A DNA stretch of 64,000 nt, from assembly GCA_034780895.1 (NCBI GenBank), contig JAUZTB010000098.1, positions 78,660,508 to 78,724,507 of the forward strand, in the 5' to 3' direction. Shown here one piece after another: positions 49,011-62,230 of this stretch (position 1 is the stretch's first letter; every line of letters starts with the position of its first letter). The notes under the pieces are model-generated. The model saw nothing but the letters and a program-made list of their open reading frames with translations. It was not told the DNA's origin and did no database searches. The position numbers and the translations under genes were made by a program. The DNA is from Rhynchobatus australiae. Its lineage: Eukaryota.

Positions 49011-50199
49011 CTTTTAGAATTGTACAGTGATATTGTTTTGTGGCGGCACATTATTTGTGATGCTGACCATCAACTTCAGGTGTTGACATTTTAGTCTAGT
49101 TGTTGTCATTTGAATTTGAATGAGAAACTTTAGAATGGCATTAAATGGCTTCTTGTCACCTCATAAATTGTGATTGATATCAGTTCACTATTGAAACATT
49201 GCAGGTCTAATTGGGACCTCGCCCAAATATCATGAGAACTTTCAACTGATTCACTGCTCACAAATAATGCCAAAATGTATAGCTTTCCTTTTAAAAGTTG
49301 CATTAGGATGCAAAATCTGGTGACTATGGCCTTTTGATTTTAATATTTGACTGTGATGGACTAATAACTATCAACACTGAAACAAATGCTATACTGCACA
49401 GCAAAGTTCGTTAATGCAAAGTATTCAATATGAATGTCAAGTTGGAGACATGGTGACTTTTGACGCTGGATTGCTTATTGACCTTTTAAATATCAGAGAC
49501 AGCGGGAGTATTACATTGGGAATTTCCAACCAGAATTATTTTTCCTTGACATTTTAAGCTAAACCACGGTTTAACATTCTTGTGCACTGAGAAGAGATAA
49601 ATGCTGCAGGTTTATTTACAAATGGGAATTTCAAATTAAGATGGACTAAACACACTGGAAACAAAACCTTGGGTAAATTGGGTAAAGCAGGCTAATCCTT
49701 TATGTGAAATTTATTAAATAAACATGAGAACTGCAATGATCACGTGTAAGACTTTTTTAAAAATCTAATTTACAGAGATTTAGGATATTCTATCATATTT
49801 TTGTAAATACTTTAAGCCAAACTAAACTGTATCCAAATTATCATCCTGTCCCAGACTGCGTAGAATTTCAGGCTGGTACGCTAAACCTCAATTTAAGTGT
49901 CTCTGCTATCCAGGTGTCAGCTGGGTGTTTGCTGACACAGATTATAGTGTGAAAATCCTGTGCCTGCAGGCTGGAGGATGTGTTCTGTGTGGCTGGGTAT
50001 CCTGAAATTAGAATCAACACTCAAGGCTAGAATATGTGCTAACCAGTGGAAGATGTATCACCCTAAAAATGTAATGGCTCTTCCATAGTGATTCAGGTTG
50101 CATGATAGAAGTAATGAGAAATTCACTATAATAATGAAATAAAGGCTCTCTGACTTTCATAATAACTTGTGAAATTGGTTGCTCATTATCTGTTAAACT

Positions 50200-50400
50200 C
50201 ACTCAGCAACATATGAACCTAATTGGACCCCTGTCCATCAATTTCAAGTTGTCACTTCAATTTACCAGTTCACTCCCACTTTGCCCTATCTGTCTCTGCA
50301 CTGTTCACTGTCCTTGGCCCAACGTGAGCTTGAGGAACAAAACCTCATCATCCATCTGGGCATGATGCAGCCTTCGAGTCTCAATATTGAATTCAACTAA
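50200..50400 (+). mobile_element. Highly degenerate Penelope GIY-YIG fragment
   Basis: cttgaggaacaaaacctcatcatccatctgggcatgatgcagcct...aatattgaattc reads LEEQNLIIHLG.MQP...NIEF. Confidence 0.7.
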
Positions 50401-51069
50401 CTATTTTACGTGAGTCCTGAACTGATTCCTAACTATTTCAGGATAAGTACATGGAGGTTCGGAGGGATATGGGCCAAACGCGGGCAAGTGGGACTACCTT
50501 GGTGGGCAATGTGGAGCCAAAGAGCCTGTTTCCAATCCGTATTACACAATGTCTCTATGACTCACTTTTTCTCTTTTTATCAGAACTGGCCATTTCTACT
50601 GTTAATATTTTGTTTTTGCAGCATATTAAAAAGCGCAAAAAAACAAAAAGTTTTCCTTCTGTCTGTGCAGGCACTGCTTGATCTGCTGGACATTTCCCGC
50701 ACTCTCTTTTGATTTCAGATTTCAGCAATAGCACTGACTGCATCTCACAGCATTATATGTCCCTTTGCATTTTTTAAATCTCTCTCCATCTACCCACATT
50801 AAACAATTAACCAAGCAGCTTGAAAAACATTGGGATCACTTTGGCCACCCTCGACTCACCCTAACAGAGATATTCCCTTTGTCCCATCCATCCTTCCCCC
50901 ATCTTCTCTGCAGCTTAAAACTTACTTGTTTTCTCACTTTCCCAGTTACAATAAAAGGTCCTGAACCCAAAACATTAACTCTCTTACCACAGAACCTGCC
51001 TGACCTCATGGGTGTTTTCAGCAGCTTCTGTTATTATGCCTAAACACTGTTTACTGGTCCTCTGCCACC

Positions 51070-51074
<5 letters not shown>

Positions 51075-51152
<78 letters not shown>
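51075..51152. repeat. (TG)39 microsatellite
   Basis: Perfect dinucleotide run. Confidence 0.99.
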
Positions 51153-51154
<2 letters not shown>

Positions 51155-51789
51155 TAGCATCCATTTAGAGCTTAGAGTCCAGTCAGTTGAAGACGCTAAT
51201 GGTGGAGCAGGAAATGATGAGAGCCAGTCTTGGAAGAGCACAAAGTTCTCAGAGGGTTGTGGAGGGTTTACAAAGGTGGGGAAAGATAAAGCTATGGAAA
51301 GATTTAAAAGTGAGGATGAGAATTTTAAAACCAAGGCTAACAGAGCCAGGAGCTAAAGAAAACCAGAAAGCACAGGGCACATCGGAGAACATAACCTGGC
51401 ATCATTTAGAATGTGGCAGGAGAGTCTTGGATAAGGTTAAGTTTATGTTGCAAATCAACTCAAGTACTATATAAACATATGGGCAGAATATATGACTTTA
51501 AACTGAAGGCTGAGTTTATTTCTGGTGTAACCTGGTCTGTTTTCTCATGAGCTTTGACCTAAGTATCGCTTGAGAACTATATTTTCCCTTGATTATCTTA
51601 TAAGAAACGTTGTATGAAATTGTCTACTCGAGCAAAAAATGATTAATGCTTGTTGAAGAATCTCTTACAGATTATGGCACTGGAATAAATCAAGCAGGTT
51701 CCTTACAAACAAATTAATGAAGGGGTTGATTCTTAAAGTTTATAGATCGATAAAAGGAATTTTTTCTGGTTGCATCTTTTATGATATAG

Positions 51790-52450
51790 CAGCATATCAC
51801 AATAGAGAATAATTTAACCCTGGCAGTAGTTGTGTTACTTTGGTTAAAATGGTTATTATGAGGTAAAGCTAATTTTACCTCTTCACAGACAACTTCTTTA
51901 TACCCTTCCATGCAAATATTGATTTCAGAAGTTTCTGGAAGTTGCGCTGTGATCATCTGCTGTGGATTGTGGGATGACTGCTGTCTGTGCTGGTGAACAT
52001 AAGCTCAAATGACAGTGCTGTAATTTATGCCTGGTGTGACCTTTACTTCCTGGTATGAGAAGCAAGGTCTCTCGAGAAAATGCTACTGCACACACATATC
52101 AATAATTTTTACATATAAGTTAATTTATTTTTTCTTTTTTGAATTGCATATTACAATAGCAATATTTCCCCCAGTTTAATTAGTTGTGTGAGTATGTGTT
52201 ATTAGGTAACTTTACCTCATAATAAGTCTTCTTTATATTTTTCAGGGCAAATGTAGATTTTAAGAGGTTCTTCTATGTTGCACTGTCATCATCTGCTGTG
52301 GATTGTGGGATGACTGCTGTCTGTGTTGGTGAACGTAAGCTCAAATGACAGCACTGTAATTTATGCCTGGTGTGACCTTTGCTTTCTGGTATGAGAAACA
52401 AGGTCTCTCAAGAAAATGCTACTGCACACACATCTCAATAATTTTTACCC
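51790..52450. repeat. Two-copy tandem duplication, period ~340 bp
   Basis: 51953-52112 vs 52289-52448 differ by roughly 10 substitutions; upstream parts align only loosely. Confidence 0.9.
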
Positions 52451-53009
52451 ATATGTTGGTTTACAATTTCTTACTTTTGAACTGCAGAAGATTTTAATAA
52501 TATATAAAGCAGTTAAACAACTGAAAATGAACAATACTGTGCATATAAGCAATATTGTTCCTACATCAATGAATTTTGAACATAGTTCAAATAAGGCAAT
52601 GACCTTATAAAAAGGGGAAATCTGTTTCTGAGCTTTGAGCTTTCCTCTTTTAAGACACATGGGAGACCTACTAAACAAAATCTCTGAAAGATCTTCCTGG
52701 ACAATAATCATTGCCATTAATAAATGAAAACTAGCTATTGTTAAGTTTTGCTCTAATTTACAACACTGAATTGCATTGGCTAGCTTATACCTCACAATTC
52801 AACATTTAGAGACTGTAGAGACTCCCTGATATAAAAATGGAATACAGCTGTTGCCCGGGTAGTTAACAATTTTGAATCGTACTGCAAATCTGCTGATATA
52901 CCAACTAATATTGGTCAAAGTATGTGTAACATCATTGAATTTCTGAAACTTGCAACATAGAAGAGAGCCACTTGGTGTGAAGGGCCTTTTTTTATGCCTG
53001 TTTTCCTTT

Positions 53010-54640
53010 CAGAACGCAGGAGTCACTGGCAAGGCCAGTATTTATTGCCATCCTTAATTGCCTTTGAGAAGGTGATGTTTAACCACAGCAGTCCTTCTGG
53101 TCAAGGTATTCCCACTGTATAAGGAATTCCAGGATCTAGATCCATTGACAATGTAGGGCTGGTAATGTATTTCCAGGTCAGGATGGTGTACAACATGGAG
53201 AAGAACCTATACAGGTGGTGCTGTTCCTAAGTGCTTGCTGCCCTTGGCCTCCCTGGTGGTAGAGGTTTGGGAGGTGTTTACATTTTGTAGATGGCACACT
53301 ACAGCTGTTGTGCATCAGTAGTGGATGTAATGAATGTTCAGATGGTCGATAAGTAGCCAGTCAAGTGGGCTGCCATGTCCTAGAGGGCATTGAATTTCTT
53401 GAGTGTTTTTGAAGCTGTTAAATCATGTAGGCAAGTCCAGGGCATTCTATCCTTCTTCTGCGTTGTGCCTTGTAGATGGTGGAAAGGTTTTGGGGTGCCA
53501 GGAGGTGAGTGACTCAGTGCAGGACACCCAACCTCTGACCTGCTCTTATAACCAGAGTACTTACTTAGCTGGTCCATTTGAGTTTCCAGTTAATAGTGAC
53601 TTACAGGATGTTGACAGTGCGGGACTCAGCAAAGCTAATGCCATTGCATGCCAAGAGTAGATGGCCATTGCCTGGTATTTTTTGTGAAATGGATTTAACT
53701 TGCCTCTTGTCACCCCATATCTGAATGTTATGTTGGTCTTGCTTTGCGTGTGTACGTTTCAGGCATGGATTGCTTCATTTGCCGAGAAAATGAATATGGT
53801 GCCAGCATCAGCAAACATCGGCACGCCACTTCTGAGCTTATGATGGAAGGAAGATCATTGTTGAAGTAGCTGAAAATGGCTGGGCCTGGATACTGAAATG
53901 AGGAACTCTTGCGGTGAAATCCTGGTGCTAGGAAAATGGACCTCTGATAATCACAACCATTTCCCTTTGTGCAAGGTATGACTCCGATCGTTGGAATATT
54001 TTCCCTTTGATGCCCATTGGCCAGTTTTACTAGGACTCTTTAATGCCATTCTCAGTCAATGCTGCCCCGACGTCAAAGGCTATCACTCTCACCTCCCTTC
54101 TGGAATTCAGCTCTTTGATCCATGTTTACACCAAGGCTGTGAGGGGTCTGGTATTGAATGATCCTGGCAAAAGCCAAACTGAGCAATGGTGAGTAAGTGC
54201 TTCTTGAAAGTGCTGTTGACTCAATCCCTTTCCTAATGATAAAGAGTGGACTGATTGGGCAGTAATTAGATTGGAATTTACCTACATTTTGTGGTAAGAT
54301 GTACTGAGGGAACTTTCACATTGTTGGATGGATGCCAGTATGTAGCTGACCTCGGGCAGCTTGGCAAGAGCTACAGCTATTTCCACAGGGCAGGTCTTCA
54401 ATACTATGGCTCGGATGTTGTTTGGTCCCATTGCCTTTACTGTATCCAATGCCCTCAGCCGCACGGTAAATCAAATTGGCTGAAGACCGGCTTATGTGGT
54501 AGTGGGGATCTCAGGAGGAAGCCAAGCTGGAACTTCCACTTTGCACTTTTGGCTGAACATGGTTGCAAGCAGATCCCCCTTGATCTNNNNNNNNNNTGGA
54601 GATATTCCTGCAGCCATCTCCTCCTCTCATTAGTTGTTTA
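53010..54640 (-). mobile_element. CR1/L2-group LINE, long degenerate RT-to-3' end fragment
   Basis: ORF 54282-54464(-) RLRALDTVKAMGPNNI.AIVLKTC..E.A..LAKL; 3' end ggcaataaatactggccttgccagtgac at ~53020-53050. Confidence 0.85.
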
Positions 54641-55289
54641 ATTAAACATCACCAATCCACCATGGTCTGGATTTTTCTGGCTATTCTGCAGCAAATTTAC
54701 CCATGAACTTGTTGCTGGGAGAGACACCTGTAATCAAGCCTATCACCACACCACACTCTGCTGTCAGAACCTGATTGTGGATCCTACACCAGATTAAACA
54801 CGACGCAGGATTCACAAGCTCATTTAAATGGAGATTTCACCGCTGNNNNNNNNNNNNNNNNNNNNNNNNNNNNNNNNNNNNNNNNNNNNNNNNNNNNNNN
54901 NNNCCCCCCCCCCCCCCCCCGCCGCTCAGCTGGAGATCCTAAAATTAGGGATCACAGACTCAAGATAAGCCATCATACATTCAGAGGAGAAATTTTTTAC
55001 TGAGAGGGTTGTACATCTCTGAACGTTAGTCTATTAACCTCACCACAATGCTACAATACCCCATGATCAATTGTCCACAGCACTCTGGTTGAGTCCCAAC
55101 AGTGATTTATAAAATCCTAGCATTGCTTTTATAATCTACTCCACTCATTATGAGCACGTATCCATATGTCTGTTCAGCTGACTCACTGACCCTCTCTGAG
55201 TACATGAAGTGCAGCTGCTCATTGACAGTTTTCAAAATCATGCCATTTATAATATGCCATCTTCTCATTTTTGTCCTCAGAAATTCTCC

Positions 55290-55525
55290 GTCTTCACACA
55301 GAGGGTGGCAGGTATATGGAATGAGCTTCCAGAGGAAGCAGCAGAGGTGGGTAAAATTGCAATATTTAAAAGACACATTTGAACAGGTACATGGGTAGGT
55401 AACGTTTAGAGGGATATGGCCAAATGCAGGCAAATGAGACTAGCTCAAGAAGATACCTTGGTAGGCATGGATGATTTGGGCTGAAGGACCAGTTTCTGTG
55501 CTGTACTACTCTATGACCCTATGAC
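55290..55525 (+). mobile_element. CR1 LINE 3' end
   Basis: ttcacacagagggtggcaggtatatggaatgagcttccagaggaag... with tail ctctatgaccctatgac. Confidence 0.85.
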
Positions 55526-55809
55526 TTCCTGTGCACATTTCACTAACCTGTCCATGTCCTCCTGAAGTCTATAACTATCTTAATCACTGACTACCACTTA
55601 ACAGGATTTTGCATCATATACAGACTTTACAAATATTGGAAAACACAGCACTCCTGTTTAACTCCTGTTTGGGATGTCAGCCTTGATATTTTTGCTGGAA
55701 TATTTGGAACAGACATGAAAATGTAACTATAATAGATCATTTGGTTTCTCCTCTCATGACTTTGGCCAATGTGTAAGGGCAAGTTCAACTTGAATGAACA
55801 GCAAAAGAC

Positions 55810-56210
55810 TGGCAACTGTATTGTGCCTTTCATGTCCTCAAAACCCTTTACAACCAATTAAATACATCTGAAGTGTAGTCACAGCAGCTGATTTATGCAC
55901 ATGAATGTCCTATGAACAAAAATCTGGTAATGACCAGACAATCTGTTTTTTTTCGCAGTAAATGATAAATATTGGCCAGGATACTTGAAAGAACTGCTCT
56001 ACTTTTTGAGTAGAAGCCATCAATATTTAGTACCCTGTTGAAAGAACACTTGTGGACCTTGATTTAACACCTTAACCAAAAAAGAAATAGTGCCTTTAAC
56101 AATGTCATTTTTCCTCAAAACTATATGGAATTGTTAACCTAGATTTTGTGCTCAAACCTCATGAACCCACAGCATTCCAGCTCAGGGATGAAAGTGCTAT
56201 CAACTACTGT
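55810..56210 (-). mobile_element. Near full-length DeuSINE (SacSINE1-like), degenerate
   Basis: Reverse complement contains tcctggccaatatttatc, aacagattgtctggtcattacc and gtgactacacttcag, plus a tRNA-like head. Confidence 0.8.
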
Positions 56211-57004
56211 AAGTGCTATCAACTAGAGTGGTTGCTGAGATGTGAAATTAGGTAATTGTTCTGCCAATTTAGAACACTGCTTTTGTGAAATGTCAAAGNN
56301 NNNNNNNGATGCAATGATAATCTTCATCATCAGCTGATTTTCATGGGACTGTGATTCTTCAAAGTCTTGTACATACTTCAATGTCCCAAGTAATAACAGC
56401 AGAATCTCACAGTCTCTGTAAAGTAATGCACAAGTGTTCAAATTAATAAATAAAATAAATAACTTTGTATAATCCTGCAAGATATTTAGTGCTTTAATCT
56501 TATTGAAGAGAAATATTATTCCAGCACTAAACTAAAACAAGCACTGGTGTGAACCCCTTTAAAGAGATAATGCAAGTTAAGGCAGTCATCTACCCCTCAA
56601 AAACTATGCTCAAGCTATGGCAGATCTCTCAGTAGTCTTTGAATGTCAGCTGCTGTCTGGCTCCTTAGGTTCTTTGTGAGCATGATGTGGCATAAATTAA
56701 GAGTGAACTGGATATGCAACAAATAAGATCAAATGAAACAAATTCGATCAGAGTTGTCAAAAACATTCTCAAAATTCTAGTGGCAATCCTAAACTTCATT
56801 GCAATAGCTTAGGAAGAAAATGGGTTATCTGTGACTTCATGGCTCCCAAAAGCCTTTCCAACATGTACAAGCCCAGATCAGGAGTGGGATGGAAGACATT
56901 CCCCTTTGCAGGGCAAAATCGTTGGTTTGCACAAAAACTAAACGTGCTCTTCCTTCACCATCTATTCCAAGATGTATTGCAGCATTTCAAAGGCTGTTTC
57001 ACTG

Positions 57005-57550
57005 GTAATTGGTTATTAGTTTATTATTGTCACATGTACTGAGATGCAGTGAAAAGCTTTGTTTTGCATGCCATCCATACAGATCACTTCAAAACATGTA
57101 CATCGATGTAGTACAAGGGAAAAGCAATAACATAATATAGTTACAGTTAAAGAGAAAGTGCGGTGCAGGTAGACAATAAAGTTTGGGCCATGATGAGGTA
57201 GATTATGAGGTCAAGAGTTCATCTTTAAATACAAGAGGTTCGTTCAAGAGTCTTATAACAGTAAGATATAAGCTGTCCTTGAGCCTGATGGTGCGTGTTT
57301 TCAAGCTTTTGTATCTTCTGCCCGATGGAAGGCGGGGAGAAGAAAGAATGTCCGGGGTGGGAGGAGTCTTTGATTATGTTGGTTGTTTCCTCGAGGCAGT
57401 GGGAAGTNNNNNNNNNNNNNNNNNNNNNNNNNNNNNNNNNNNNNNNNNNNNNNNNNNNNNNNNNNNNNNNNNNNNNNNNNNNNNNNNNNNNNNNNNNNNN
57501 NNNNNNNTTGGTTGTTTCCTCGAGGCAGTGGGAAGTGTACACAGAGTCCA
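57005..57550 (-). mobile_element. Rex1/Babar-like LINE 3' end
   Basis: ORF 57225-57554(-) VYTSHCL...NIIKDSSHPGHSFF; tail gtgacaataataaac. Confidence 0.88.
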
Positions 57551-59864
57551 CCAACCCCCCCTAAATCTGTGACATCTACCACACAGAAAGGCAAGGGCAA
57601 CAGTTTCATGGAAACACTATACTTGTGATTCTTCTCAAAGTAACACCCTATTCTGACGTGGTCACATTCCATATATTAATGGTTGAAATCCTAGAGCTAC
57701 CCACCTGCCAGGGGAGCAACTTCACTGCATGAGCTGCAGCAGTTCAGGAAGGCAGCCTACCACCATCTTCTCCAGGGCACATAGGAATGATTAATAAGTG
57801 CTGGCCTTGCCAATGAACATAACCTGAGGATCCGTTTTTAGCAAACACCATGTAAATCCAAGCATTATGGCACATCCATGCAACCACCTGCAAAGAAGCT
57901 GTTAACATGAGGATTTATGTAGATGGAATTCAAAATAAAATGTTAGAAACACACGGTCAGGAAGCATCTGCGGAGAAAAGCATTGTTTTAAGATGCAAAG
58001 AAACCGAGCTGCGAGCAGTTCAGGAAGGCAGCCTATGATTAAATTTATGTATAATTTAGGTTCTGTCTGTTGTTTAAATCTACATGCCTGTGATGCTGCT
58101 TCAAGCAAGTTTTTCAATGCACCTGTACCTCACCGTACTTGTGCACAGTTGACTAGACTTGACTTGAAATTTGTAAAGGGTTGTAAATTGACTTGGTTTC
58201 TAATCAGAATATACTCCATTCTAATTGACCTAAACTCTAATCTTGTCACTGCCCCACTGTGCCCATTTCTCATTCTTTCCCCTCTCACTTTAGGATAAAC
58301 TTCTTGGCCCATTCTTCTCCCTCAGTTTTCTGAGGACACGCACCAGCCATGGCAAGCTATGGCTTTGAAGTTTTGCCAGCTTTTTCTCAAAACAGTCGCT
58401 GCCAAAGTGCNNNNNNNNNNNNNNNNNNNNNNNNNNNNNNNNNNNNNNNNNNNNNNNNNNNNNNNNNNNNNNNNNNNNNNNNNNNNNNNNNNNNNNNNNN
58501 NNNNNNNNNNNNNNNNNNNNNNNNNNNNNNNNNNNNNNNNNNNNNNNNNNNNNNNNNNNNNNNNNNNNNNNNNNNNNNNNNNNNNNNNNNNNNNNNNNNN
58601 NNNNNNNNNNNNNNNNNNNNNNNNNNNNNNNNNNNNNATCTTTCTTGACTCACAGTGCTATTATTCCTTATTATATTTTTAAGCAGCAGCTGACTGAGGA
58701 AATATTTTCTTCAGGAAACAGGGATAGAAATGTTCATTCATTGTAAATCTCAGTGGTTCTGTGCTCCCAATGCAGTGTTACACCAAGGGCATGACTTTTC
58801 ACTCAAATGGAAAGAACAGCATCAGGCTATTTAGCCAATTAAGCCTGTTTCCCTATCCTTGGCTGATCTATAATCCAACCTCATATGGCTGTCTCCTCCC
58901 ATGAGCCTTGGTACATTTGGTTAACAAAAGTCTAATTATCTCAGATTAATCTTTTAAGATTAATAAATGACCCACCATTAATTGTCATTTGTGGAAGAGG
59001 GTTTCCTAATTCCACCTCAGAAATGGGAAAATGATTCCTGGCTCTGACAAGGCAGACTTCCAGTTTTCAGACTTTTCGTTCTGTTCTGGGCTTCCCAACC
59101 AGCAGAAATAGTTTCTGTTTATCGACCCATCAATTTCCCTTGCTATCTTGAAAGGTTCAATAAAATAGACTCTTGGTTTAAATAATCTNNNNNNNNNNNN
59201 NNNNNNNNNNNNNNNNNNNNNNNNNNNNNNNNNNNNNNNNNNNNNNNNNNNNNNNNNNNNNNNNNNNNNNNNNNNNNNNNNNNNNNNNTTTAAATAATCT
59301 CACCTTGTGATATCTCCCATGGGCACAGGTATCATTTTGGTACATCTACATTGCACAACCTCCAGGACTGAAAATCCTTCCGAAGGTGTTGTGACCGGGG
59401 GGGTACAACTATATCTCCGGGTGTAATCTAATTAGGTTTGATTGATCTTGTATAATCTCAACCCATGGAGAAATGTACCAGTTCCCACAGAAATTGCAAC
59501 GAGGGGAAGGTTTTGGGTTTGATAGACTTGGGGCATGGAGTATGAATGTTGAAATTTTTATACCCCAGATCTTTGTTGGGACTGAACAAAAGGTCAACTT
59601 AAAATGGCGGCATAACACTGTGGGCTGAAGGGCCTGCACTGTGCTGTAATGTTCAACGTTCTAGTGTTTTATCTGACCTATTGATAGCTGTGGAACTTGC
59701 CACACTGGGTCTGAGCTGGGTTGACAGCTCAACCCTGAAATTGAGCCAAGAATTTTTCCAGATGAATATCTGTTTTCTTGTAGAGAACAAGGAGGCCTAT
59801 CTGACATTATTCCCCTATCTCCCACCACCTCAACCCCCCCCCCACCTACCCCTTCCCTGAATTA

Positions 59865-60180
59865 CTGTGTTTCAAATGAGATATTGAATTGAGGCTCCTT
59901 CTATCCTCTCAAGTAGATGGAAAAGATTCTACTGCGCAATTTCAATAAAACTAGGAGTGAGCCCTGGTGCCCTGGTCAATAATTAATCCTCATTCAACAT
60001 CACATAGAAAGATTCATCATCACCTTGCTGTTCATGGAAATTTTCTGTGCACAAATTGGCTGCTCTGTTTCCTACTTTACAGCAACTGAAGCAATTCAGA
60101 TATATGACAATGGCTAAAGAGAGTTTAGGGACAATCTGAAGTTAGGAAAGGAGCAATCTAAACCCAAACTTTTCTTTCAT
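59865..60180 (+). mobile_element. DeuSINE (SacSINE1-like) central Deu domain and tail
   Basis: tcaaatgagatattgaattgagg...ccctggtgccctggtcaataattaatcctca...ctgtgcacaaattggctgctctgtttcctac follows the Deu-domain consensus order. Confidence 0.8.
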
Positions 60181-61038
60181 TTGTTATTGAGAACTGAGGA
60201 CAGAAAAACGTTAACTTCCCCGAACACTTAAATCCATGATGTTGTGGGGAGTTGGCAGCAGCGAATGCTATTGGTTTTTCTGAGCATTTAAACTCACCCT
60301 GCAGGTTATTGCAATCTGAGATAATGATGTTTAGGTACTACAGTTAAATACATAACCAGTTTGCCAAATGATCTGATGACATATGTTTCTGTGAACTGCA
60401 GACAGAAATAGCTTGTTTACAGCCCTTAGTATCACAACATTCAAATCATTCCATCTAAACAAAAGTGACAGAAAACTCTTGAAGTAGTGCTCCTTTCATA
60501 AGTAGGATTATTAAAGCTCGTGTTGGGTAAAGTTCTCATCAAATAGCAAGAGTTATAATGATGCATTATCTTAAAATATAAACACTCTTCTCAGAATTGG
60601 CATTTGGTGTTGTCCTTTCCAGCAGCTGGCTTGTCTCATGCAGATCCTATGTTAAGACGATTGCTGGGGGGAGAAGAATGGATTGGGTTGATAAATGTGC
60701 TGAGGAGGCAGTGTTGTTTCATTTGGTAGAACTTTTGCCTTTGCATCAGAAAGTTATGGGTTCAAATCCCACAACAGAGAGTTGAGCTAAACTGACACTA
60801 CAGTGCCGAACTGAAGGAATATGTCTGACATTCTGAAAAATTCAGAAAGAATTAAATATAAAATAAAGAATATAAAATTGTTAACAGTTAATAAAATTTA
60901 AAATAAGATCAACTGCAAACCCTCCCCACCATTGAGGACATCTTCAAGAAGCAGTGCCTCAAGAAGATGATATCCATCATTAAGGACCATCACCACTCGG
61001 GACCTGCTCTCTTCACGTTACTACCATCGGGGAGGAGT

Positions 61039-61642
61039 ATTGGAATTGGTTTATTATTGTCACTTGTACCAAGGTACAGTGAAAAACTTGTGTTGCATAC
61101 CAATCGTACAGGTCAATTCATTACACAGTGCAGTTACATTGAGTTAGTACAGAGTGCATTGAGGTAGTANNNNNNNNNNNNNNNNNNNNNNNNNNNNNNN
61201 NNNNNNNNNNNNNNNNNNNNNNNNNNNNNNNNNNNNNNNNNNNNNNNNNNNNNNNNNNNNNNNNNNNNNACAGGTGGGAACCTGAGATTGAAGCAGGGAG
61301 AGGTTAAATATGTCCACAAATACTTCTGCCAGCTGATCAGCACAAGCTCTGAGCACACGGCCAGGGACATCATCTGGGCCAGATGCTTTCCTCCTGTTCA
61401 CTCTCCAGAAGACTGATCTTGCGTCCTCCACTGTGATCACAGGTTCAACTGCATTGGAGGCTGTCAGGGTGGATGGTGACAATCCACTTCCCTTCTGTTC
61501 AAAATGCGCATAGAATGCATTAAGTTCATCAGGAAGGGATGCGCTGTTGTCAGCTATGCAGCCTAACTTCATCCTGTAGCCTGTTATGGCATGTAAGCCC
61601 TGCCATAACTGACAGCTGGTCAGGGACTGTATTTTGAGTTGG
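61039..61642 (-). mobile_element. Second copy of the young Rex1/Babar-like family, nested in an older + strand Rex-like fragment (60910-61038, 61643-61712)
   Basis: 61270-61640 closely matches 31565-31940; same 3' tail as 30842-30916. Confidence 0.9.
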
Positions 61643-61824
61643 GATACAGGAACCTGAAGACCCACACTCAGCATCTCAGGAACAGCTTCTTCCCCTCTGC
61701 TATCAGATTTAACCAGGTTTAACCAGGCACAGGGCCCGGGAGCTGATTTTCCCACTGTATGGAGGTCCTGGTTTTGCAGCCATTCAAATGGGTAAATGTT
61801 TGCTTTCCAAACTGCTGGAATTTA

Positions 61825-62230
61825 CAGTCAAACCGCAAAAGTCTGGCACCTGATTGTTCGGAAACCCTGATGGTTTGGTGTCTGGTTTGCTCATTTGTCC
61901 AGTATGTGAGCTGGGGGTTCTTGAGTGCAAACTGTGTGGCTAGATCCAAAAGTCTGGAGTGTGGCCAGGGCCAGGGTCTGGACCGTGGGCCAAGTGTGTG
62001 GCAGGAGTGGAGATTGAGGTTGGGAATTTGGATAGGTTTGCAATCAGAGCCTTTATATTTCCGCTAAACTCACTGCGTTTATTGGAAAATTTAATAAACA
62101 ACCGTAACAGAAAGAAAAGTCAAATAGAAGTCTGTTTGGGTATTGGAGTCTGGAACATTCTGGAAAATCTGCTGGTCCAGTACCACCAAAATGCCATAGG
62201 TATTAGGACAGGTAACCAATAGGCTGGTAA
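61825..62230 (+). mobile_element. pogo/Tigger-like MITE relic, same family as 18773-19205
   Basis: Begins TA|CAGTCAAACC..CTGGCACC; shares ctggaaaatc.gct.gtccag.accaccaaa near its right end. Confidence 0.55.

Noticed and set aside
50984-51356. ORFs with (TH)n/(CV)n runs
   Set aside because: Translations of the (TG)39 microsatellite.
54904-54920. Poly-C run (possible G-quadruplex on - strand)
   Set aside because: Lies at a gap edge, so its length and context are unreliable.
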